From positions 1-33,379 of the IMG/VR virus record IMGVR_UViG_3300008255_001900: a DNA stretch of 33,379 bases; one strand, 5' to 3'. Positions 8,731 to 17,700 of this stretch are shown here, piece after piece. A model generated the notes under the pieces. That model saw nothing but the letters and a program-made list of their open reading frames with translations, did no database searches and was not told the DNA's origin. The stretch comes from a virus. Lineage: Duplodnaviria > Caudoviricetes. The position numbers and the translations under genes were made by a program. The first letter of the stretch is position 1, and each line of letters starts with the position of its first letter.

Positions 8731-9359
8731 AAGCACTTTTTTATCCCGATGTTCCGTTTGAGAGTTTATACATTCCCTATATTTATAAAGAGATTTACCT
8801 AGAGGGGATTTATATTGATATATTCAATACCAGAAAAGATATGGTTGTGGTTGATGTAGGGGCAAACATCGGAATTGTCACGGCTTATATGCGTGACTAC
8901 GCAAAAAAGGTGTACGCAATTGAACCATCAAGAGAACACTTTGAAGCTCTGAAAAAGAATGTTGAGTTTAATAAATGGGACAATGTAGAGCCGTTTAAGC
9001 TGGCTATTGCCGATAAAGACGGAACTATGACACTTAACACCTTTGATAGCAATAGAACGTGTCATTCGCTGACTAGAAGTTATGGTCAGGGAAGTGAAGA
9101 AGTTGAAACCATGCGTATGGATACCTTTTTTAAGAAGAACAAAATCAAAAAAGTGGACTTTATGAAGTTTGACGTAGAGGGGGCTGAATACATGATTCTT
9201 TTGTCCGAGGGATTTACAAAGGTAGCCGACAAGATACAGGCTATTGAAATAGAATTTCACGACCAAAACTTTCCCAGTCTTGTTGAGCATATGATTAAGC
9301 TCGGCTTTAAGGCCCGTCGCTATGATTCAAGTGCCGTAGTTATCCTGTTTTTCCGCTAA
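8724..9359 (+). CDS. FkbM-family SAM methyltransferase
   Basis: VDVGANIG, AIEP, FMKFDVEGAE, IEFH. Confidence 0.93.
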   Translation: MLKALFYPDVPFESLYIPYIYKEIYLEGIYIDIFNTRKDMVVVDVGANIGIVTAYMRDYAKKVYAIEPSREHFEALKKNVEFNKWDNVEPFKLAIADKDGTMTLNTFDSNRTCHSLTRSYGQGSEEVETMRMDTFFKKNKIKKVDFMKFDVEGAEYMILLSEGFTKVADKIQAIEIEFHDQNFPSLVEHMIKLGFKARRYDSSAVVILFFR

Positions 9360-9989
9360 ATGAATACATACTTCGTAAACGGTATGGGAATACACGCTGA
9401 TAGCGATAGGTTCATACGCGAGGTATTGGTAGGTGGAGAATATAAGTATTTATTTAAGTACGATACGGTGGTTGACATAGGAGCTAATATCGGTACGTTC
9501 TCACTATGGATATTGCCCTATGCAAAACGGATATATGCACTTGAGCCCAATCCTGTAGCCATGAGGTTATTTGAGGAAACTATTAAGGGAAATCATATTG
9601 AGGATAGGGTAACACCGCTTGAGATTGCCATAACAGGGACTGACGGAGATAGGTACTTGGCTAATACCGATGGCCCTGAATACGGCTCGGGACTTATTAA
9701 CGACAAGGAGGGGGTAGTGGTACACGCTATGGCACTTGATACGTTCATGGCAGAGAACAAAATAGAGTATATTGATCTCTTAAAGGTAGATATTGAAGGA
9801 TGTGAGGTTGAGTTGTTTTCTTCTCCTGGCTTTAAGAATGTAGCAAATAAGATTGGGACAGTGTTGGGAGAATATCACAATGGGGGGATGGGAAAATCTA
9901 TTGAGGGATCACTTAACGGAGCAGGGTTTAAGTTTGAAGATATAAGTAAGGCTAACTCAAGTGGCAAGTTCATAGCAAGGAAAAAATGA
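9360..9989 (+). CDS. FkbM-family SAM methyltransferase
   Basis: VDIGANIG, ALEPNP, LLKVDIEGCE, GEYH. Confidence 0.93.
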   Translation: MNTYFVNGMGIHADSDRFIREVLVGGEYKYLFKYDTVVDIGANIGTFSLWILPYAKRIYALEPNPVAMRLFEETIKGNHIEDRVTPLEIAITGTDGDRYLANTDGPEYGSGLINDKEGVVVHAMALDTFMAENKIEYIDLLKVDIEGCEVELFSSPGFKNVANKIGTVLGEYHNGGMGKSIEGSLNGAGFKFEDISKANSSGKFIARKK

Positions 9990-10747
9990 ATGAACAAAGG
10001 AAATGTGCCTTCACAATTGTAGACGATAGATATTACTACGCCGTTGGAACACCAATATTTATAAATTCTTTTTTGAAATTTCACCCAGACGATGATATTG
10101 ACCTCATTATTTTCCGTCAAGATATGGTGGATAAAGTCTTTGCTAAAGAGGGAATAAATTTTTATCAAGCTAAGCCATATTTTGGAGAAATTGCAGCTAA
10201 TTTAGGTTATAAAGTTGTGTGCAATATAGACGCGGATACGGTAATAACGGGACGCTTAACAGAGGTCTTTGATAATGTTGATTATGATGTTGCTGGTGCG
10301 TGGAATTTTAACGATTATGAAAACGCTTCTTTTGAAAATATAACTGCTGAAATGTATATACAAGCGGGTATGGTAGCGTCAACTAGTAGATTATTCTGGA
10401 AAAAGTGGAAGGAAATAAATAAGACAGCCATGCGGTATATTAGGAAAGAAAACGATACTCTTAACCTTCTTGCATATAATGATAAAGAAATATCAAAGCT
10501 GAAACTTAAGATTCTCGACAAGGATAAAGACTATTATGGTTGCAAGTCGTTAGGGCGTGAAGGAGAAATGTATATAAAAAACGATCAATTAATGCTGAGA
10601 AATGAGGTAGTAAGAGCCTATCATCATGCTAGAGGTGGAGTGTTTCCTAAATTAGATTTTGATAATATGCCATTCACTGAAGAAGTAAAAAGATGGCTTA
10701 ACTTTATTAGTAATTATGGCGTATCCGTTGTTTATGGGAAAATGTAG
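9986..10747 (+). CDS. GT-A glycosyltransferase (GT8-like)
   Basis: NIDADTV DxD motif, IQAGMV, ENDTLN, YHHARG. Confidence 0.75.
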   Translation: MNEQRKCAFTIVDDRYYYAVGTPIFINSFLKFHPDDDIDLIIFRQDMVDKVFAKEGINFYQAKPYFGEIAANLGYKVVCNIDADTVITGRLTEVFDNVDYDVAGAWNFNDYENASFENITAEMYIQAGMVASTSRLFWKKWKEINKTAMRYIRKENDTLNLLAYNDKEISKLKLKILDKDKDYYGCKSLGREGEMYIKNDQLMLRNEVVRAYHHARGGVFPKLDFDNMPFTEEVKRWLNFISNYGVSVVYGKM

Positions 10748-10970
10748 AGTGTGTAAGAATATAAAAAATAGAGAAGAACATATAGTGCACCTGTATACGT
10801 CACATGGAATACCCATAGACGAAGCAAAAGACTGGGCGAAGGAAAATAATGCGGCTGTTCGTTGGGACGTTGTTGAGGTGCTTCTCGCGGCGCATAATGC
10901 TACAGGGAGAAGAAGTGTCAATAGGTTTAAGGACGGGTTAGGCGATTGGAGAAAAAAAGACAATGTATAG
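10734..10970 (+). CDS. Small protein with C2H2-like ligands (ATG at 10734 preferred over 10716)
   Basis: MGKCRVCK...HIVHLYTSH, overlaps both neighbours. Confidence 0.55.
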   Translation: MGKCRVCKNIKNREEHIVHLYTSHGIPIDEAKDWAKENNAAVRWDVVEVLLAAHNATGRRSVNRFKDGLGDWRKKDNV

Positions 10971-11727
10971 GCCTTATAGCATATATGAATTTCCCTTTAA
11001 TCCCCTAAGTGGAGGTATCAGGGTTATGTGGGGCCTGTTTGGTCATTTGCTTGCAAAAGGGCAGCTTGTGGTAACAAATGCGTCGTGGAATGCTGATTTT
11101 ACTGCTATATATCCAGAGATAATCCATGGAAACCCGCTAAACGCCCCTCATATAGTACGTTACATACTCAATAAGCCTGGGTTTATGGCAAGTTATGGCG
11201 TAGCGGGCCCGACAACATTTGATAAACGAGAGGAAATATATGTATTCTCACGTATTTATGACACGTTTAACGTAGACGACGACCATATACTTTTCCTGCC
11301 CATATTAAATCTCAACTTATTCAAGAATGAAAAAAGAAAAAGAGATAAGACTTGCTATTTTGTTGGTAAAGGTAAAGATATGGGATTACACCCAAAGGAC
11401 GCAGTAAGGGTGCAAACGAGCGACCAGGGGGAATTGTCAGCATTATTGAATTCATGCAAGGTTATGTATACTTACGAGAACCCAACAGCTATGATTGAAA
11501 TTGCACGTCTTTGTGGGTGTCGTGTCGTCTATTTCTCTCAAGGAAGTGCAACTAACTATACCCGTAAAGAGCTAACCGAGCTTTATGAGCCTGGAATGGA
11601 GGGTGTTAGCTTTGATAAAGATGAGGAGATACAACTAGATAGTAGAAAGTTTAGAGAACGATACATAAGCATAGGTGAAACATTTAGCAAGCGGTTAGAT
11701 ACGTTCATAGAAAGGACTCAGTCGTGA
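10963..11727 (+). CDS. Putative GT-B glycosyltransferase (WavQ-like)
   Basis: SGGIRV, IYPEIIHGNPLNA..VRYIL, YFVGKG, EIARLCGC. Confidence 0.65.
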   Translation: MYRPYSIYEFPFNPLSGGIRVMWGLFGHLLAKGQLVVTNASWNADFTAIYPEIIHGNPLNAPHIVRYILNKPGFMASYGVAGPTTFDKREEIYVFSRIYDTFNVDDDHILFLPILNLNLFKNEKRKRDKTCYFVGKGKDMGLHPKDAVRVQTSDQGELSALLNSCKVMYTYENPTAMIEIARLCGCRVVYFSQGSATNYTRKELTELYEPGMEGVSFDKDEEIQLDSRKFRERYISIGETFSKRLDTFIERTQS

Positions 11728-12806
11728 TTACTAAAAAAATCCTTGCCTTGCCTAGCCACACATTCAAAGATAGGGTGTCAGGTGTCGATATGGTTAGAAT
11801 AACACAGCCTATGAGGGCATTAGACGGATATAAAGATAGTGAGGTTGAGTTTCAGGTAAAGGTGTTTGACCATGCTAAAGACGGCTCGTTTGATTGGCGT
11901 GACGTATTCCAGAAATATGACATTGTGTACTTTAATTACACGACAAATGACATAGGATACGCCATTATGGGTACACTTGCACAAAAATACAATAGAAAGC
12001 TTGTTGTTGATATAGACGACGCGTTATGGGTTATCAAAAAGGATAACGCGGCTTATGAAACTTTTAGGAAAGGATCATGGGGTAATCAGGTTATTACCGC
12101 TATTTGCAAAGACGTGTCATATGTTACCTGTACGAATAAATACCTTCGGAACATTATCTTTAGCTACACAAATAAACCCTTTGAGAATATAAAGGTATTT
12201 ACGAACCAAATTGACTTGAACCTATACAAATATAGGTATCACGCTAAAGACTCTTACCCCATAAAAATACATTGGTTTGGTAGCTCAACACATTTTACCG
12301 ACATGGTACATAAAGATTTTGTGGCAGGGTTAGATAGGATAATGAAAGAATACCCCAACGTGGTTTTTGAAACAACGGGTATATCAGTCCCCGATTTCAA
12401 AAATAGGTGGGGGCAAAGGTATGTTGTCAGCTTTGGTGATCCCGATATATTGAAGTGGGTCAAAAATAGGTATAGCGTTCTCATGAAAGAGGCGGATATT
12501 GTTGTTTCCGTACTTGAGAATACGCCGTATGATATGGCAAAGAGTGATATTAAGTTCCTAGAATATAGCGCGGCAGGTAAGCCTGGTGTCTATTCAGACG
12601 TGCGACCATATTCAGACGTTATAAAACATGGTAAAACGGGCTATTTAGCACGTACAGCAGAGGACTGGTACACATACCTCAAAAGGCTTATTGATAGCAA
12701 AGAGTTAAGGGAAAAGATAGGGAATAGAGCATATAATTATGTCAAGGACAATAGAACAGTTGGCGCGAACATACAGGATTATGTAGATTTTTTCAAATCT
12801 ATTTGA
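11724..12806 (+). CDS. Glycosyltransferase family 4 (GT-B)
   Basis: VDIDD, WFGSSTH, KSDIKFLEYSAAGKPGVYS, KTGYL. Confidence 0.9.
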   Translation: MITKKILALPSHTFKDRVSGVDMVRITQPMRALDGYKDSEVEFQVKVFDHAKDGSFDWRDVFQKYDIVYFNYTTNDIGYAIMGTLAQKYNRKLVVDIDDALWVIKKDNAAYETFRKGSWGNQVITAICKDVSYVTCTNKYLRNIIFSYTNKPFENIKVFTNQIDLNLYKYRYHAKDSYPIKIHWFGSSTHFTDMVHKDFVAGLDRIMKEYPNVVFETTGISVPDFKNRWGQRYVVSFGDPDILKWVKNRYSVLMKEADIVVSVLENTPYDMAKSDIKFLEYSAAGKPGVYSDVRPYSDVIKHGKTGYLARTAEDWYTYLKRLIDSKELREKIGNRAYNYVKDNRTVGANIQDYVDFFKSI

Positions 12807-12831
12807 CACGCCACACAGTAAGTGTTATATT
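12803..12831 (+). promoter_or_regulatory. sigma70 promoter overlapping GT4 stop
   Basis: TTGACA-17 bp-TATATT with extended -10 TG. Confidence 0.7.
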
Positions 12832-12880
12832 TCTATTAAGTAGCTAAACATAGCAACATCCGTAGGAATGTACGGTACAC

Positions 12881-12933
12881 CGCTTGTTTGAGTTTTGAGT
12901 CATTTTAACTTAGAACTTAGGCAGGCGTTTTTT
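12881..12933 (+). terminator. Intrinsic terminator with 20-bp stem
   Basis: 12881-12900 pairs with 12908-12927 using 6 G-U pairs (so + strand specific), then T6. Confidence 0.8.
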
Positions 12934-12981
12934 AGTATCTAAAAGCTCTTTAACAGGTTGAGGGACGAAATACGTTACGTA

Positions 12982-13452
12982 TTACTTTTCCCAAGAAGTA
13001 AAGATGTGAACGCATATTGAGCCAGAACATTTAATACAAGCGTGAGTATACGGTTTTTCAAGGGCGGCGTGATGGGGAGGGGATGAAAGCCACCAGTTAA
13101 GAGCGGCTTGTTCTCCTTCGTTTCCATATCCGCTACTGGTTACTATATTTTCTGAAATTACATAAGGATATGAGGAATAGCGATCAAGAAAGCCTTTATG
13201 ATAGTCAAGATGTCCTAGTTTATATTGTTCTATAGCTCTTTCTTTAGCAATCCTGCATATTTCAGGGTCTTTAAGATAAAGATTGTATCCGTTATTTTCT
13301 CTCCATTGTTGCACAAGTAACCATAACCGATTTTCGTTAAGCGGTACTGACATAACTGTTTCATTATTGTTTGTCGAAAGTTGGCTATTAACAGAGATAA
13401 ACCAAAGGGTAAGCAAATTTGAAATGATGAGAGCAATTATTAGTCTTTTCAT
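12982..13452 (-). CDS. Secreted or membrane-anchored CAP (SCP) domain protein, moron-like
   Basis: N-terminal hydrophobic segment, SENI, WWLSSPPHHAAL, opposite strand to neighbours. Confidence 0.85.
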   Translation of the reverse strand: MKRLIIALIISNLLTLWFISVNSQLSTNNNETVMSVPLNENRLWLLVQQWRENNGYNLYLKDPEICRIAKERAIEQYKLGHLDYHKGFLDRYSSYPYVISENIVTSSGYGNEGEQAALNWWLSSPPHHAALEKPYTHACIKCSGSICVHIFTSWEK

Positions 13453-13490
13453 ACTGTTAATTATAACAATTATTAGTTAATTTACAAATT

Positions 13491-14795
13491 ATGGGATTTC
13501 AATTACCACATACAGGATCATGGGGAACTCCAGATTTTGGAGTGACGGAATGGGCGGCAGGATTAGTAGGTAGGCCATCAAATAATCTTGTTCCTGATCC
13601 TGTTCAAAGAACTGTAGGATCAGCAATTTTGCCTGGTGGGAAGTATAACCCTATTTCAAATCCTCAGCCGACGAGCTATTGGCCACAATCAGGTTTAGGA
13701 GGAGGCAACGTAACTTCGGGTAGCGGTGCTCCCAAGTCAACAGATGAAGCATTAAAAGCGGGGGTTGACGTTAATACGCTTAATCTTCCTCAACCTCAAC
13801 AGTCGGGGGGTAATATCTCTGAGGGTGATGCAATTGCTCGTGGTTGGGACGTAAACAACCTGCCTGGTGGATATTCTTTATATCGTCCAGGCCCAAGCGC
13901 GGAACAGCAAGCTGTTACAGCGAGAGAGAATCAAGCACGAAGTGATATTGAGGGTGGATATAATCAATACTTCTCTCAATTAGACCAAATGCTCGGTGGT
14001 ATCCCAGGGCAGAGAACAGGACAAGAGCAAATAGTTGGGAATAACTATAATCAAGGAATTTCTGATATAAATGCTCAACGTACCTCTAGTCTTGGTGATC
14101 TTGCCACTTCAGAAAGAAAGAACCAAGAGCAACAGGTAAAGAGTTTAACCGACATAGCCGATAATATTCGCAATCTCTTTAAGACAGGAAACGTTATGCT
14201 TGGTACACGTGGCGCGGGGGATAGTAGCGCGGCAGACCAATACTCGTATGCAGTTACCCAGCTCGGGAGTAAACAACGAGGAGACGTGTTAAGTCAGACT
14301 CGATCAATTCAAAATGATATAGCAGATAGGGAGGCAAAACTCAATAACATAGTTACCCAAGAAACAGGAAAGCTAAAGACAGATAGGGATAATCAAATAA
14401 TACAAATAGCGCAATACTTTCAAGACGCGCAAAATCAGATACTACAGGCAAAAGCACAGGGACAGTTACAAAAAGGACAATCATTAGCACAGCTTTCGAC
14501 ACAGCTTTTACAACAGGCACAAAACCAGCTTATGCAGGCGGACGCCAACTACAAAAACCAACAGAACGCGCTTATGAAATGGGCTGCTGATAACGCGACG
14601 AATATTAACCAGCTGAAAACTAACCTTGCGGCAGTCGGGCAGTACAATGTGCCAGGAATACAGACAAGCTCTATAAATGGGTCTCCACAGTTTGACGCGC
14701 AAGGGAATATGACAACCCCATTATGGAGTAGTAACAATACAAAGGACAAACAGCTAACGAACATAGGAAGTAGCTTATATAATCAAGGGAGTTAG
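13491..14795 (+). CDS. Probable internal virion/ejection protein
   Basis: G/P-rich N-terminus, long Q/A/N-rich coiled coil, position. Confidence 0.65.
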   Translation: MGFQLPHTGSWGTPDFGVTEWAAGLVGRPSNNLVPDPVQRTVGSAILPGGKYNPISNPQPTSYWPQSGLGGGNVTSGSGAPKSTDEALKAGVDVNTLNLPQPQQSGGNISEGDAIARGWDVNNLPGGYSLYRPGPSAEQQAVTARENQARSDIEGGYNQYFSQLDQMLGGIPGQRTGQEQIVGNNYNQGISDINAQRTSSLGDLATSERKNQEQQVKSLTDIADNIRNLFKTGNVMLGTRGAGDSSAADQYSYAVTQLGSKQRGDVLSQTRSIQNDIADREAKLNNIVTQETGKLKTDRDNQIIQIAQYFQDAQNQILQAKAQGQLQKGQSLAQLSTQLLQQAQNQLMQADANYKNQQNALMKWAADNATNINQLKTNLAAVGQYNVPGIQTSSINGSPQFDAQGNMTTPLWSSNNTKDKQLTNIGSSLYNQGS

Positions 14796-14797
14796 CC

Positions 14798-17700
14798 GTG
14801 GCTATCAGCTTTATAGATAGGGTAAAGCAGTTTCTCAGTGGAACACCACAAACCCTTTCTGATATTGGCGCAAGTATTAAAAGAAATACACTTGATAAGA
14901 AAGCCCCGTCAGGTATAACATACGGACAAGCTATAAATAGAGCTATACGTGCGCCTATTCCTGTTTTATCAGGTACTAATTATCAGAAAGTAACACAAAA
15001 AGCGTTAGGTAATAACATACCAAGTGCTATGATCGGTGCTGCTGGTGAAATGGCAGGTGGCGCGATAGGTTCATTCACACAAAACTTACCTCAGGCGATA
15101 AACCAAGCACGGAAAGGTAACTATCTACAAGCAGGCACGCAAGCTGGTGTAGGTGGTCTTAAAGCAGTAGGCGCGGTCAGTCCCGCGGTGTATGCATACA
15201 GAATGTTCCCTGGTGTATATGGTGCTATAAATGCAAAAGCTAAAGGACAAAACGTTAGCCAAGGGGCAGCAGAGGGGATACGTAATTTCTCAACGCCAAG
15301 TACCGCGCTACAAAATATCCCTAGAGTAGGTAAGTATGTAGCACCAGGTACGAAAGGTGGTAATGTAGTAGATACTGCTGAATTGTTAGCGGGTTTATTT
15401 CTTAACAAAGGTGTGGACGATATGGCAATCCGTGGTATTAGAGGTTTAACAAAACGTGCTAACGCATTAGGACTTGCTAAAGTATCACCAAATGCGTACA
15501 AGGTTCACCCAGAGGGATATGGCAAAAATGTGGTGGAATTAAGAGTTAAAAAATCTGATTTGAGTATAAATGACGAATTTCCAGGTGGTGAAAAACACTA
15601 CACCCTAAATACAAAAGTTGCTGATAAGGCAGTAAAAACCCGTTCCCAACTAAAAGCAGAGTGGGATAATACACAAGCCCCACAAGTTACTCAAAAACAG
15701 CCAACTCTTAAAATCAAACAAGCTCTCACGCCAGAACAAATAGCAGCAAAGAAGAAATTACCACCCATTATGTTGACTACAAGTAAGACTGAGGCTGAAG
15801 GACAAAAGATTAAAATAGGGAAGGCAGGATCACAAATAGAAATCCCAGTATCAAACCAGCCGAGAACCATGAAAGTGTCAGGATCAAAAAAAGCTTCAAG
15901 TCCTGTTTTGAAGTTAACCAAAAACGTCTCATATGACAATAGTATACCAAAGACATTTAATGAGTCATATTCAAAATATATAGCAGACCGTGATATTGCA
16001 CAGGTTACCGCTACACAAAAAGCTAAGGTACTTACAGATATTCCAAATGAGAAAGCTCAAGATGTCATAAACTTTAGAGAAGGAGTAACAACGTATGCTA
16101 CGCCAGAAGTAAAAGCGTGGGCTAGTAAGATGAATCAAGTTTATGACACTCTCTATAAAGATATATCTACTAAAGCAAAGAGTGTAGGGGTAGATGTTGG
16201 ATATATAAAAAACTATGTACCTCATTACTGGAAACAGTCAGCAGAAGAAGTACAACAGGCTTTCTTATCTGCTAAAAAGAAACCATCACAAGTAAAAGGC
16301 AGAATAATACCAACATACAAAGAAGGTATAGGGCTAGGACTTACTCCTAAGTTCAAGCACCCCGCACAAATGCTAGAGCAATATGTGCGAGATATGGAAC
16401 GGTTTGGAGCAGGGATTGATCTTATAAAAGGATTGAAACAACAAGGAGAGATTATAACTACACCAAGACAGGGTTATGGAAGAATAGATGCTCCTGGACT
16501 TGGTAATAATCTATATGCACCGCTTAATATATCAAAAGAAGTAAGTAGATTATTCTCACCAGAATCACAGACTGGTTTAGGAGATATTCTTTCAAAGACT
16601 GCTAAGTTTTCAAGTGGATTACAGGATATAACCTTGTCAGGCGGTGTTCCTGGAACTCCACTTAACGCATTTACTATAGCTCAGATGCAAAAGGAACTAA
16701 TTGCTGGGAACATTGTGTCACCTTTCAAGGCTGTGATTGACTCACTTTCAATTAAAAGAACTCAGAAGTTTTTTGATACCAATGCTCCACAGGTTAAAAA
16801 AATGCTTGCACGTAATGTCCCTGTAAGATCAGGATATGGCGTTGATGAGATGATAGATCAGTCAACAGCTAAGCGTATATTTGGTGATGGAATAGGTAAT
16901 GTATGGGGAAAACTCATAAACGAGCCAACATTCAAACGCTTTATGCCAATGCTTCAGATTAATTTATTTAATCAGGTAGAGGCTGGAGCAATAAAATCAG
17001 GTATAGGAGAGAAACAAGCAGCCGATCTAGCAGCAGAAACAGTAAGAAAGTTTTATGGACTTACTAAGACCGATGTATCGGCAAAGAGATCAGTAATAGG
17101 CAAAGACCTTACCACATCACTGTTCTTTGCTCCACATTATCGGGAATCTATGATCAATATGTGGATAGAAACTGCTAAAGCTATGAAGAATCCTCTTGCG
17201 CTAGAAAATAGAATGAATGTACGCTTTGCTATAGGAGCAGTAGCAACCTATATGACAATGAACGCAATCAACGAACAGCTTAATGGTCATGGGATGAATG
17301 AGAACCCAGAGAGTAAAAAGGACAAATTGCTCATACCTGTTGGAGGTGGGCAAACCATAGGTGTACCATTCCTATCATCTATTGCAACCATTCCACGTAT
17401 GGCCTTTGAAATGGGTAGGCAGGCTTTACAAGGAGATATATCAGGAGTGTCTACTGAGGGAAGAAAAGCTCTTTCAATGGCTATAAAACCTCTTACTGAC
17501 GTTATGGCAAATAGTGATTATTTTGAACGTAATATTGTAGAGGATACTGATACACCTAGCGAGAAACTAAAAAAACAAGGAGAGTATTTACTTAAATCAT
17601 ATGTAGGGCATCCGTATTTGAGAGAACTAATAGAGCTATATACAAAGCCAGAAAAGCCCGTATATCAGAGGCTTTCGAATGCTATGGAGTTACCGCTACG

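Noticed and set aside
6685-12806. Classical GtrABC O-antigen seroconversion or a pentose-phosphate auxiliary gene
   Set aside because: No membrane flippase or transferase, and the transketolase is truncated and embedded among NDP-sugar enzymes.
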